DNA of 64,000 nt from Octopus sinensis (taxonomy: Eukaryota), in contig NC_043018.1 of NCBI RefSeq assembly GCF_006345805.1, positions 5,270,001-5,334,000 of the forward strand. Reading direction: 5' to 3'. This document shows, piece by piece, positions 26,640-40,266 of this stretch. Made by a program: the position numbers and the translations under genes. The stretch's first letter is position 1, and every line of letters begins with the position of its first letter. The notes beneath the pieces are model-generated. The model ran no database searches and was not told the origin of the DNA. It saw nothing but the letters and a program-made list of their open reading frames with translations.

Positions 26640-27758
26640 ACCCATAAATGTTTTAAATATTTAATTCCAAAACTTTCTTGCAGTTCTGAGCTGTCTAAAA
26701 CCAGCTTTTCTTATAATTAGCACTTGATGCCTTTCTTTTTCCGTAAAGGGAAAAATGCCTCACAAGCAACCAGTTTACAGTGATGTTTCTTTATCCGAAA
26801 GAACTGTACGGAAGTGGCTCGCAAGGTTCCGAGCCTTATTGATAAAGAGCGATCAGGCAGACCATCCACTACAGATGATGACCAAATCAAGTCATTAATT
26901 GAGAATAACCCACATTGCACAGCCCGAGAATTGGCAGAAAGCCTCAACCTATCAAAATCCGTCGTTCATGAGCACCTGGTAAAGCTTGGGTACACAAATC
27001 GCTACGATGTTTGGGTACCTTATGAGTTGAGTAAGAAGAAACTTTTGGATCGCATTTCCATCTGTGATTCGCTTATTAAACGGAATGAAAACGCACCTTT
27101 TTTACAGCACATTGAGACAGGTGATCAGAAATGGATTATCTACCAGAGAAAGTGATCCTGGATTAAGCGACATGAGCTACCCTTAGCCACCCCAATTGCG
27201 GATCTTCACCCTAAAAAGGTCTTGCTTTGTGTCTGGTGGGATCGGAAAGGAATTCTGTGCTATGAGCTTCTCCCAAGACAATTAATTCTAAGAAATACTG
27301 CACACAACTGGACGAGTTAGAAGCAGCAATTCAAAGAAACGTCCAGAATTGGCCAACAAGAATGGTGTTGTTTTCCAACATGATAATACAAGACCGCACG
27401 TTTCTTTGGGAACCAGACAAAAATTGCTGCAGCTCGGCTGGAATGTATTACCCCAGGCTCCATATTCACCAGATATTATTACTCCTTCTGATTTCCACTT
27501 ACTCAGGTCTCCGCAGAATAGTCTTAATGGTAAACATTTCAATTCTTTGGATGACGTAAAAAGATACCTTGATGAATCTTTTGTCATGAAACCACCTCAA
27601 TTCTTGGAAGAGGGTATTTACAAGTTAAAGGAAAGATGGAGACGCATTGTGCAATAAAATTGTTTATATTTGGTTGATTAAAAATGCAACGGCAAGTATT
27701 TATTGACCTTTTTCTTTCCATTAAAAATCGGCACGAACTTTCCGGACAACCCAATATA
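26640..27758 (+). mobile_element. Mariner (DD34D) element, pseudogenised transposase, 3' TIR present
   Basis: HLM.FFFRKGKNASQA, ERSGRP, WVPYEL, TGDQKW, HDNTRPH, YSPDIITPSDFHL (D-D spacing 35 with one extra codon); terminal AATCGGCACGAACTTTCCGGACAACCCAATA followed by TA; 5' TIR not found. Confidence 0.92.
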
Positions 27759-28114
27759 TTACATGTCATACGAATCTGGTTGTTGGCTATGTCTACCGTG
27801 AAGAGCGATGCACTACCTTTCTTTAGGAATAAAGGGAGAAAAATATTTCTGTGCTTCATGGCTGCAGCGTTAAATGCTGTGTGGTGGATATTTTGAAATC
27901 TTTGGAAACAAGCATCCTTCAATCTGGCCAAGCTCGTCTTCAAGAACTATTTCTAGCGTTTTCTAATGCTTTCTATAGAAAGGTGGATGAGATTAGCAAA
28001 GATGGTGCTTCCAACTGGTTCCATTTTCAATAAACTTTTCTAAAAGGATATATGATTGCATGTATGTTGACTGTAACGATCAAAGGAAATTGTATGCGGT
28101 ACATAATGGTTTAA

Positions 28115-28348
28115 CAAGATGGCGAGCTGTCAGAATTGTTAGCACGCTGGGCGAAATGCTTAGCAGTATTTCGTCTGCCGCTATGTTGTGAGTTCAAATT
28201 CCGCCGAGGTCGACTTTGCCTTTCATCCTTTCGGGGTCGATAAATTAAGTACCAGTTACACACTGGAGTCGATGTAATCGACTTAATACCTATGTCTGTC
28301 CTTGTTTGTCCCCTCTGTGTTTAGCCCCTTGTGGGTAATAAAGAAACA
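28115..28348 (+). mobile_element. Full-length SINE family A (tail type A) with 17-bp TSD
   Basis: Near-consensus copy; TSD GG(T/C)ACATAATGGTTTAA at 28098-28114 and 28349-28365. Confidence 0.92.
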
Positions 28349-28866
28349 GGCACATAATGGTTTAAATTACCCTTATATCTCTGCAGCTGCTTCATAACTT
28401 TCGTATTTAAATGTTCGACCGCAAAAAAGTTTAATGGAGGGAAATCAAATATTCTTTTGTCTAAAATGAGGGCGATAGCTCACTATTTCATTGATTAGAA
28501 CAGGCCACGTGATTTACTGATAATAGTTGCTAACTCTGAAACTGAATGTGATGGTTTTCTTTTTAATAAGGGGAGACAACTTCAACTAGTTTCGTATCAG
28601 CAATAATCAAAACATGCGTAATTAATAGAAATTACCAAAACTGTGAGTAAGAAAAGCTAATAAAAATAACAATAATCAGAGGAAATTATGGAGTTATCAA
28701 ATTTCATAACGATAGTTAACAAGGGTGAGTAAAATAATTTACGCTTTGTCCCGGGGCTAAAGATTCCACGGACGCCCCATGGCGGCCATCAGTCTCGTGA
28801 TGCCCTTAAGAGATCACAGATACAAACACACACTAATTTACACTTGTATGCACGCATAAACACACA

Positions 28867-28912
<46 letters not shown>

Positions 28913-28926
28913 TACATATATATATA

Positions 28927-29563
28927 CTAGCAGTATCGCCCGGCGTTGCTCGGGTTTGTAAGGGAAATAACTATATAAGCATTTTTAGAGAGTTATAGCC
29001 AAAAAATAGCAAAAAATGCATTAAAAATGGAAAAAATATGATGGTAAATTTTTTTTTAAATCGTTGACTCATCGTAGACATTTTTAGAGAGTTACTTCCC
29101 TTATATAATAGCGAAAAAATGCATTAAAATGGAAAAAAAACGATGGTAAATTTTTTTTTAAATCGTAGACTCATGTAGACGCTTTCTTAGCCATTTCTGT
29201 TTTGGTGTCTTCAAGCCATGAAGTCGTTGTTCTGAAAGAACACTGGTCTCCTTGACAACGCATTACGACGTTGATTTCCTTACACTCCCTTCCCCACAGG
29301 TGCAGGTCTGAGCGTGGACGCCAACTCCGCCGCCATCGACACACGAAAAATTATGCATTAAAATGGAATAAAAAATGATGTTAAATTATTTTTTAAATCG
29401 TAGACTCATCGTAGACGCGCGCTAATATTCAGACGGGCTCGATATGAATCACAACTATAAGCTACCCGAATTTGGTTAAACTGTACCGCAAAATGTGGGA
29501 GTAGTTAGGAATCTAAATCGAAGGGGACAGACACTCACACAACTACAGTTTTATATATATAGA
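28927..29563 (-). mobile_element. Non-autonomous Helitron with internal repeats and GC-richer insert
   Basis: Minus strand A|TCTATATATATAAAAC...CCCGAGCAACGCCGGGCGATACTGCTAG|T; an internal unit of about 65 bp occurs three times. Confidence 0.85.
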
Positions 29564-29599
29564 TATACATAGCGCAGTAGTGGTGAGATATGACAGCAA

Positions 29600-29990
29600 A
29601 GAAAAGCATACATTCACTCTCTGCATGCAATTAGACTCGGAAAGTTCGTGAGGAACCCATTGACCCAATTTGCTGACTTTTCCGATAGCACACAGGTGTC
29701 AATGAATGGTTGAATGACCAAATCCAAGCTTCTCTGCTAGTTCCTCAACAGTTACGATGATATATTTTGTTCCACCAGGGTTTTCAGGATGTCCTTGTCG
29801 AGTTCTACAGATCTTTCAGGATGAGGCGCGTCTTCTAGGCTGTAGTTTATGGCTCGGGATTTCTGGAACCACCATTGACACTGCCTTACGCTTATTGTCC
29901 AATCCCCATATACTGCATTAATATTTCTTGTACTTTGCACACATTTATATTCTGTTATTCTTTTATATGTTTCAGCCTTGAGGTTGTGGC
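29600..29990 (-). mobile_element. Mariner transposase N-terminal remnant
   Basis: STRNINAVYGDWTISVRQCQWWFQK..LEDAPHPERS..VTVEELAEKLGFGHSTIH*HL..GQWVPHELS. Confidence 0.85.
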
Positions 29991-30832
29991 CATGCTGGAT
30001 CATTGTGTGGTGTGTGTGTGTGGTGTGTGTGTCTATCTGTCTGTCTGTCTGTATGTATATATGTATATGTATGTGTGTGAACAATAATATTTTCAACAGA
30101 TGTGTTGCAAATGTATCTGATTGTTCTGAAGCTTCAATACTGTGTGTGTGTGTATGTGTGTGTGTGTATGTATGTATGTATATGTATGTATGTATGTATA
30201 TGTATGTATGTATGTATATGTGTATGTATGTATGTGTGTGTGTATGTATGTGTGTGTGTATGTGTGTGTATGTATGTATGTATGTATGTATGTATGTATG
30301 TATGTATGTATGAGTGTATGTTTACTTTATTACTAATTACTCTCTTCCAAGAACATTTTCACTCACTCTTAGCTCTTAGCTTCCCATACATTTTACTCAT
30401 GTATCTATCAGCGTCATAGACAGAATACTTTCACTTTAGTCTTCCTCAAATCACTCTGTCGCTATTTACTTTCATTTTATTCGTTGCCCACTGTGTGTGT
30501 GCGTTTGCGTGTGTGTAAACCAGACTAAGAAAAGCATTTGACACACACACCAGAATGTGAGTTTTCTGTAAATTTTGCTTAATTGGAGTTTAAATTTAAA
30601 AACTGACCTGGCATGACGCGATGCATTGTACTCCTCTCAAAATGCTAGGTAAATTGTAATTGAAGAAATCCTATATTGTAGATTTGTATACTCCCAAAGG
30701 GAGGCAGATAAAATCTGCCTTTTATAATAAGAGATATATATATATATATGTATGTATATATATATATATACATATATATATATTAGTAGTATATATATAT
30801 ATATATCTATATATATATAATATTATATATAT

Positions 30833-31044
30833 AAGGGAGCTGGTAGAAACGTTAGCACGCCGGGCGAAATTCGTAGCCGTATTTCATCTGTCGTTACGTT
30901 CCGAGTTCAAATTCCGCCGAGGTCGAATTTGCCTTTCATCCTTTCAGGGTCGATAAATTAAGTACCAGTTACGCACTGGGTCGATGTAATCGACTTAATC
31001 CCTTTGTCTGTCCTTGTTTAGCCCCTTGTGGGTAGTAAAGAAAT
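30833..31044 (+). mobile_element. SINE family A (tail type A) within a (TA)n array
   Basis: GAGCTGGTAGAAACGTTAGCACGCCGGGCG..GCCCCTTGTGGGTAGTAAAGAAATA; TSD cannot be resolved. Confidence 0.9.
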
Positions 31045-31379
31045 ATATATATATATATATGTTTGTATGTTTGTGTATATATATATATATAAATGTATAT
31101 ATATATATATAAATGTATTTATATATTTATATATATATTTATATATATATACGCACACACACACATAATATATATATATATATATATATATAAATACATA
31201 TACATACATACACACGCATACACATATATATGCATGAATGTATGTATTTATGCGTGTGCGTGCAAATGTATTCATTCTTACCTCCGAAGCCAATGGGAAG
31301 CCATATTAGATTCTGGGACTAAACTGCGGCTAAGCAGACACGCCATTACGCTGCACCGATTCCGTTCCCTTTGAGCAGA

Positions 31380-31771
31380 CGTTGATGCCACCATCAACAA
31401 GACCATCACAAGCGACATTGCTTTACATCTCGCTGCAACGACAGCTGCTGCTGCTGCTGCTGTTGCTGTCGGTGCTGCTGCTGATTATAATGATGTCGGG
31501 GACGATATTGTCATTGTTACGAGGTTTTCGTTGTTGCGACAGAGACGTCATCATAAATAACTTCATCACCAAAACCACCACCGCCACCACCACAATTGCC
31601 AACACCACCGCCATCAGCAGCAGCACCACCGCCGCCGCCACCGCCTATGGCACGACCACCTTCACTGCCAGCAGCATAGGTACCGGTACTGGTACAACCG
31701 CCAGCACCATCACTGCCACTACCACCGTCAGCACCAGCAGTAGCAGCAGCACCACCACCACCACCAACACC

Positions 31772-31803
<32 letters not shown>

Positions 31804-32740
31804 AAGCGTCTCTATAAAAATGACCGCCACCATTTTCACAGCAAAACCATCGAACTGTATCATCATCAGTATTCTTCGACACAACAACAGCACCACCATC
31901 ACCCAAACCATCGCAACATGCTACAACCTACACACAACAACCACAACTACCATACCATCTCCACACACTCCACCACCTCCATTGCCATCCTTTTCGTACA
32001 TTTCTCATACCTGCACCATTTCCCTTGTAGATCTACCACAAGAAATACCATCGTCATCTTCCAATGCAACGCCACCACGACCAATACCGAAGTCTTCATA
32101 CTGCACCTCCCCGCCACAACCACCACCATCACCACCTCAACCTTCTCCATTCAACCCTATCACAACTGATATCACTGTCATCTTCATACAACACCAATAC
32201 TACCACCATCGCCACCACAAGAACCGCCACCTCCATAATCACCACCATCACTGCAATCACCACCGGCACTACCACCAGCACTACCATCAACGCAACCACA
32301 ATCGCCACCACAAGAACCGCCACCGCCACAATCACTCTCACCACCACCACCACCACCACCACCACCACCACCAAGACTACCAGCGCCACCAGCGCCACCA
32401 GCACCAATAGCACCACCACCACCAGCTTCACCATCACAATCACCACTACCAGCACTATCACCACAACCACCACCATCTTCACATGACGTTACTACAACTA
32501 GCATCGCAACCACTTTCATAACCGCAGCCAACAGCATCACACATCAACACATACCCGCAAAGGAATCCTCCCCACCATCTTGCCAACAGCAGCAGCACCA
32601 CCACCACGACCACCACGACCACCACCACCACCACCACCACCACAACAACAACAACAACAACAGCGGCTTCGAAAACACTCTGCAAGGCACCACCAATGTC
32701 AACGCCTTCCTACCCCTTCACCACCCTCCATAGACCTGTC
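31380..32740. repeat. Imperfect (ACC/AGC/CAC) low-complexity field
   Basis: Degenerate trinucleotide array; the 342-aa ORF is compositionally biased with no recognisable domain. Confidence 0.85.
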
Positions 32741-33077
32741 ACCACCCTGGTATATATTTTCGGTAAGTGATCGGCGAAAGTGTCATGCCAAAAGTCTATA
32801 GACAAAACACTATCGATTGTCTGCGAGTGAAGAACCTTAAGAATATTAGTTGGGTATATTTGAAGGGAAGAGGCGCGACGGAGGTTGAGGTGGTTGCTAT
32901 GTGTTACCAAGTTCTTACCCTCGACATCATCAATATCTTCCCCCTCCTCATTTCTCAATATGAAATGTCCATTCTTAATTATTACAACCTCCTGGGACAT
33001 ATCTCTCCTATTAGCAAACTGGATTCCAAAGAATATCATTGTTGTTTGCTCGTTTCAATAATAGTAATAACGACGAC

Positions 33078-33118
<41 letters not shown>

Positions 33119-33280
33119 CGACAAGAAAAAGGAAGAGTGTTTCTCACCGTTCCTCCTTCTTTCCTTCGTTTATTTGCTTTTGGAGATTATTTTCCCATAA
33201 TTATATGCATTTTGATTTATACATACATGTACGTACGTATGTAGGCATGTTATGTTTGCACGTATGTATGAATATATATG

Positions 33281-33315
<35 letters not shown>

Positions 33316-33349
33316 TATAGGTGTGCATCTGTGTATATATATATATGTA

Positions 33350-33390
<41 letters not shown>

Positions 33391-33502
33391 AAATATTTAT
33401 GTATCTGCATATCTATCAACATATTTGAGTACATGCATATATGTATATGGATGCGTATGTATATATATACACCTATATCTATCCATGCTCACGCATTATC
33501 AT

Positions 33503-33547
<45 letters not shown>

Positions 33548-34380
33548 CCTCGTTGCATTTTGTGCAGCTCTCTGGATTTTCCAAGACTATGATATGGCAG
33601 TTATTGTTTACATTTTTTTATTATTTCTATCACTCCATCCACTCGCATTTCTATATTATTTTATTTTATTTTTATTTTATTTTTATTTTGCGAACTCTCG
33701 TCCGTGCTAAGGTTGTTTATGTCACCTGCGACGTTCTAAACTTGTCACGAATGTTCGTGTGAAATATTGGGTCAACGGTGCGTGTGTTGGACTCATCACA
33801 CTCCTAATTGAGTCTTTGGGGGATTCCATGCCAAAATTCTTCGCAAAATGATTCAACGGCGAGGGAAATACTTGAGGGACCACATCGCATGCAACTACAA
33901 CTTAAAACGTAACCGAATCCTAAAACCTCCGCTGCACCTCGCAGTTATAAGTTCTGCTGTCAAGCAACATTAAGGCGAGATGTCTTCCTCATTTTTGCTC
34001 CGTTTTTGCTTTTATAACTTTCTTTCCTTTTTTTTTCTTTCTTATATTCTTTGCTTTGTGTATTTATGTTATTGTTTTCAACCATGGAATTTTATCTATT
34101 TATTTATTTATTTATTAGTAGAACAAGGTGGACGTCTATTGATCGAATGTTACTAACTGAATCACTGAGTGACTGACTGGCAGGCTGGATGCAAGATCAT
34201 TTGAGCTGATTGCTCTGACGTAGAACGCCTTTTCATCATGCAACGCAAACGGCGGTATGTCGTAAATCTAAGCAGCAAGGAAAGAGCGAATACAGAATAG
34301 CGGTACACAAGATATAAACATATACACACATATATACATACAATCGTACATGCATACATGTATACTTATATATAATATAT

Positions 34381-34447
<67 letters not shown>

Positions 34448-34495
34448 GCTTATATACACGCGTATGTATGTATACATATATGCACGTTTCTGTCT

Positions 34496-34564
<69 letters not shown>

Positions 34565-34703
34565 TTTATATAAATATTAAATTACACAGGCAATCCTACA
34601 TACCACACAGACACACGCGCGCACAAACACATACACCATACATACGCACACACACATACGTATATATACATACATATATGCATATATATATATGTATACT
34701 TAC

Positions 34704-34734
<31 letters not shown>

Positions 34735-35781
34735 CATACATACATATATATATATGAATACCAGCATACATGCATACCTACCTACCTACCTACATACATA
34801 CATACATACATGCATACATACATACATACATACATACATACATACATACATACATACATACATACACGCATACATACATACACACATACATACACACATA
34901 CATACACACATACACACACACATACATACATACATACATACATACAAAGGTATATAGAAATAAATGTGGGAGGTCAAATTAGCAACAAATAAATACAAGA
35001 AGGAAGATGGTAAGACGAGAACAAAAACTAAACAATAAACAAAAAGAACAGAGAGAAACAAGAAAAGAAAAGCAATAAACAACCAACAAAAATACAGGCG
35101 CAGACTTGTAATAAGGGGAAGATATCTGAGAAATTCTTCTGAATATCGCGCATGCGTGATCTTTCAAGAATATAAGATGCTAAATCTGTTATAACAGAGC
35201 AAGTGATATTGGATATTATGGACGTCATTGTTAGAGAGGAATGTTTATACGTGAGGAATTTATATAGAATCACCATCTTCAAAGTCGATTTTCTAATCGA
35301 AGCAAGGAAATTATATTATTATATGTCAATATTAATCTACCATTTGCAAATCTTGATGAGAGCTTGTTTTTTTTTCTTTAATGATATAAATGTTTGTAAA
35401 ACCCTTTTAGCATATGAAGAGTTAAACAAAATATATAATGTGATGGCAATGAATGAAAACAAAGAGAAGAACTATTGTAATATCTTAGGAAGGTGAGTGA
35501 TTCTATAATATTTCGGGAAAGATTTCCCCTCTTAAAAAAGAAGAAAAATAACGAATTTGGAAAATGTGTTGTTTTCAACAGGCCATTCAGTGTATATGCG
35601 TGTGTGTGTGTGTTTTCTCTTAAGAAACATTTGATTTGGACTTATAAGCAAATATTTGAAACAGAACCTGCAAGATTTCAACAAACTACTGCTCTACTAT
35701 CTATCTACCGCAGAATGGTGGAAGGCAAATTAACCTCGAACGGATCTGAATGCAGAACGCTGTGTTTTGGAAGAAAATACC

Positions 35782-36019
35782 TATTTCTTTACTACCCACA
35801 AGGGGCTAAACACAGAGAGGAGAAACAAGGACAGACAGACAGATTAAGTCGATTATATCGACCCCAGTGCGTAACTGGTACTTAATTTATCGACCCCGAA
35901 AGGATGAAAGGTAAAGTCGACCTCGGCGGAATTTGAACTCAGAACGTAACAGCAGACGAAACACGGCTAAGCATTTCGCCCGGCGTGCTAACGATTCTGC
36001 CAGCTCGCCGCCTATAATA
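35782..36019 (-). mobile_element. Full-length SINE family A (tail type A) with 12-bp TSD
   Basis: Minus-strand TSD GGTATTTTCTTC at 36031-36020 and 35781-35770. Confidence 0.92.
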
Positions 36020-36460
36020 GAAGAAAATACCGTGTTCTCTCTGCTGCTCTAATGATTCTAACATTCCCTGTCTTGTACTCCAGTTTTTAAACGATCTTTC
36101 CTCTGTATCCAGCAAATACAAAGAGATACCAAACTGCCATGATCTTTTGTCGGAGCTTCTGCGTTGTCACACAACTTACTAGATATAGCAGCTAAGTGTT
36201 TTTTTAAAATTCTAACCAGGTGCTCTTAATTTGGAAAATTCAATATGTTATGGAACGTCTTTCATTACAGGTCATTTGTACCAATCCCATGGAGTTTACA
36301 TTTTAAAGATACAGGCAGAAAGGTGTCAAAATCACTAGGGCTTCGTCAAAAAGGTTTTGCACCATTTGTTCCGAATCTTTAAGTTTTGAGTTCAAATCCA
36401 CTGCGATCAATTTTGTCTTTCATTCTTCGGGGATCTAGTAAATGCACCAATCACTCACTA

Positions 36461-36660
36461 TTTACTCTTTCACTTGTTTCAGTCATTTGACTGCGGCCAT
36501 GCTGGAGCACCGCCTTTTGTCGAGTAAATCGACCCCTGGACTTATTCTTTGTAAGCCTAGTACTTATTATATCGGTCTCTTTTGCCGAACCGCTAATTTA
36601 CGGGGACGCAAACACACCAGCATCGGTTGTCAAGCGATGTTGGGGGGACAAACACAGACA
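36461..36660 (-). mobile_element. SINE family B, 3' half
   Basis: CTTGTTTCAGTCATTTGACTGCGGCCATGCTGGAGCACCGCCTT..GGGGGACAAACACAGACAC. Confidence 0.9.
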
Positions 36661-36667
36661 CACAAAC

Positions 36668-36722
<55 letters not shown>

Positions 36723-36742
36723 CACACACATATACATATATA

Positions 36743-38106
36743 CGTCTCCTCCGAAATGGTCACCTTGCGCAGCAATACACCAGTCCTACTGACCCTCCCA
36801 TTTGTTAAATCCGGCCTGGAACTCATTTTCCATAAGCGAGTTGGGGACCTTCTGTGATTCGCTCTCGATCTCGACAATGGTAGCCTTTGAGCTGCTTTTT
36901 CATGCTGGGGAAGTGATGGAACTCCACAGTTACTTAATTTGGCAAATAGGGCGGATGCTGAAGCGATATCATGTTTCTTATTTCTTTACTACCCACAAGG
37001 AGCTAAACATAGAGGGGACAAACAAAGACAGACAAAGGGATTAAGTCGATTACATCGACTCCAGTGCGTAACTGGTACGTAATTTATCGAACCCGAAAGG
37101 ATGAAAGGCAAAATTGACCTCGGCGCAATTTGAACTCAGAACGTAACGGCATATGATGTTTCTTTTGGCGAGAAACTCACGAGTGAGAAAAGCTCGGTGA
37201 AGAATTCAATTCATTGCGCTCCACAATACCAGTCGCTTTCGCCGAATGTCCTACTTGAAACCCTCCAAAACCTCGCAGTAGAAGTTTCGGGGCCGAATTT
37301 TCGATGCATAACACCGCGGATGTCATGAACAACGATGGGCATACTCTTGATGAGCATGCATGACAGAGCTGCAGCTCTGTCATACCTTCTTCGGTCGTGG
37401 AGTTCAAGGCCTCTTCCATTGTGACGACTGCTGCTTCTTCTCAGGTTCGTACCCGTAGATCCAATTCTAGTCACCAGCGATGATCCTCGACATGAAGGAT
37501 GTTTCATCAACGAAACGCTGATGGAGATTTTGACAAACTTCGACTCTCAGGTGAGGGACAAACTTAGTAGAGACACACCGCATGTTCAATTCAGATGTTA
37601 AGGTTGTCTGCACAAACCCATTCGACAGATCAAAACGATCAGCAATGTCATTGGTTGTCCTCCGACAATCCTCCTGCATTAAGTAATGACTTTCCCCCAC
37701 ATTTCCGCGCCGACGTTCGTGGCGGGTCTTCCAGATCGCTCATCATCTTCTAGGAACGTTTTTCTGCTTTTGAAGCGCCCGCTCCACTAGAAACATTGCA
37801 TACGACCCATTGCCTCGTCACCGAAAGCTTACCGAAGAATACTCAATGTCTCTGTTGCAGACTTCCTAAATTTGACGCAAAAATTCACGTTGATTCTTTG
37901 TTCGTGAAAAACTCGCAGATTACAGCTTACACGTGATCAGAAAAAACACAAAATTCACAACATGTGAAGTAAACACAGAGGTGTGACTTGGTACTCTGCC
38001 TCAAGAAGGTCACTGCTAGCTCTCATTGCGCATGCTGCCATCTCACTGCTGCCATCTGTTGGCGCGCTACAAGAGTAATCCGGGGACTTTTTGATACCAC
38101 CTCGTA
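36743..38106 (-). mobile_element. Mariner element, decayed, interrupted by a SINE-A insertion
   Basis: 5' end TA+CGAGGTGGTATCAAAAAGTCCCCGG; KFVPHL, RIIAGD; beyond the SINE the frame resumes NMISLQHPPYLP..FPSMKKQLKG..WCIAAQGDHF. Confidence 0.85.
36980..37150 (-). mobile_element. 5'-truncated SINE family A (tail type A) with 14-bp TSD
   Basis: ATAT(C/G)ATGTTTCTT at 36966-36979 and 37151-37164. Confidence 0.9.
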
Positions 38107-38234
38107 TATGTGTAACTAAATGATTTGGTACATTGACATTTCTTTGTAAATGCACGAAGGCGAAATCAGTTGGTAAATGAAACTTGGGTCACTGGTCAGC
38201 TTGATGGTCGCTCATTTACTCGTAGTATTTAAAG

Positions 38235-38501
38235 CAGTAGTTCTCAACCGGGGTCCATATTGCTCTTGTGGGTCCACATAAGATTTTATTGTTAAAATTT
38301 GTGTGTAAAAAACTGGTTTTTCTTCTACATGAAACAAAATATAATTTTTTATACACTTCCTAATAATATGTAATAATATATAATAGGATTCTTTAAATAT
38401 CGAATAGGTATGAGGGTCCATAATCAGAAGGATCCATAATTAAAGGGGTCAATAATCAAAGGGGTCCATAACCATACACTCAAAATGTTTGAGAACCGCT
38501 G
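38235..38501. mobile_element. hAT (Charlie-like) MITE
   Basis: TIRs CAGTAGTTCTCAA and TTGAGAACCGCTG; 8-bp TSD ATTTA(A/G)AG at 38227-38234 and 38502-38509; subterminal GGGTCCATA repeats. Confidence 0.88.
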
Positions 38502-39879
38502 ATTTAGAGTGTGACATTCGAATCACACAAATATTTATCCTTACAAACTTTGATCTGTTGTCAATTTTTGCGTCTATTTTTTAAAATTCTTTTTCGTGCT
38601 TTAATCAAGAATTGAACTTCTGGGAAAAAAAGTGTGATAGAGGAATTTTCGCTTCGCTCATAGAATTTCACGTCCATTTGCAACGATGAAAGTACCGTTG
38701 ACCGTCTAGTTTTCCCGCTTGTGAATGTCCTAGCAAGGAAACGAGACTGAACAGTCAAAGAATTGCAGAAAATTCATCAGCCGACCTCGACAGGAGAATC
38801 CGCAACTGTTTTAATAGTGGTATGACACACTGGAAAATGTAATGTTTTCCTAGCTAAGGATAGGTTAGATGGTCACGGTTGGCATGTCTTTGATCTATTT
38901 CCGCTTCAAATCAAGACGGAACTACGGTTAAACAGCAACTATAACAACAATTGCAGTAGCAGCAAAGCAACAAAAACAGCTGCCACAACAACTACAACAA
39001 CAAACAGCAGCTGCAACATGACAAGGAGAAAGTTTTGATGGTTTTTTTTACTCGCTAGAAATAACAACCTAGTCTTCTTTGAATCACATCAAGCTGTCTT
39101 AGACATGGAAAGATGCATTGGAAAATATAATGTTTACGGCTAAAGAATAATAGCAACAATAGAAGGGATGCTTCTTGATGATGGCTTAACATGCTAGAAA
39201 TAACAGCCCAGCATTTCTTAATTCTCTGGAGAATAAAAGGTACCTTTCCTAGATATAAAATTACAACTGCACGATCACTTGTGGAATGATTTTGATTATG
39301 TTTCAGCTTTAAATAAGGATTGACCTAGGGCTAAACACTAACACTAAAATAACAAAAACAACAACCACAGCATAGCAACAAAAACAACATATGCAACAAT
39401 TAGTTTAAGTCTCATAGACTGAAAGTCAGTTTGGATTTCAAGAGTAACCGGAGAGCAATTAGTTTCATTCACATCGAGAATTAATCTTCTTTACAGTGAA
39501 GCCTTCTTTTTCTTGTCTCTTTTCTGTTTTGGTTGCCTCTTCGCTCCTTCCTCTTCTTCATCACATTTCTCTCCTTCTTCACATTCATCGGTAACTTGTA
39601 AACTCGCGTTGCGTTAAAGATTGTCTCTTTCATAGTAATGTGTCGGTTTAGAAATTAGCTTAATTGCACTAGCTATTAGTCACCGAAATATTAGTAGCTA
39701 CAAACAATACTTAGCTGTCATGGGTTGAATAATTAATGATGGTACAGGTTCTGTGGTTAATAAGGAAGAAAAGCAGAAAAGAAAATGGCAGGGTGGGGGA
39801 AGAAGAGGAGGAAATATAAAATAATAAATGAAGGCAAAGGACAAAGAAAAGGAACGGCGAGAGAAGAGGATGAAAGTGT

Positions 39880-40140
39880 AGGAGGAGGAGGTTGGAAAGA
39901 AGAAAGAGTAAAAGTAATAGGAGGAGAAGAGGAAGAAGTAGAAGTAGAAGAAGGAGAAGAAGAAGAAGAAGAAGAAGAAGAAGAAGGAGAAGAAGAAGAA
40001 GAAGAAGAAGAAGAAGAAGAAGAAGGAGAAGAAGGAGTAGAAGAAGAAGAAGAAGAAGGAGAAGAAGGAGAAGAAGAAGGAGAAGAAGAAGGAAAGGAGG
40101 AGAAATGGAAGAATTAAGTGGAGAAGAAGAAAGTCGTTCA
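39880..40140. repeat. (AAG/GAG)n microsatellite
   Basis: Direct inspection. Confidence 0.95.
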
Positions 40141-40231
40141 TAAATTAACAACAGCGCTCTTGTTACTGAATTAATAATCTCTTCAAGTCTTCTAGACTTT
40201 TCTCTTCACACGTCAAATTCTCACTCAACCC

Positions 40232-40266
<35 letters not shown>

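Noticed and set aside
31382-33762. Long ORFs of 342 aa and 331 aa
   Set aside because: They run through imperfect trinucleotide and (TA)n/(GT)n arrays, are open in several frames, and have no domain or splice support.
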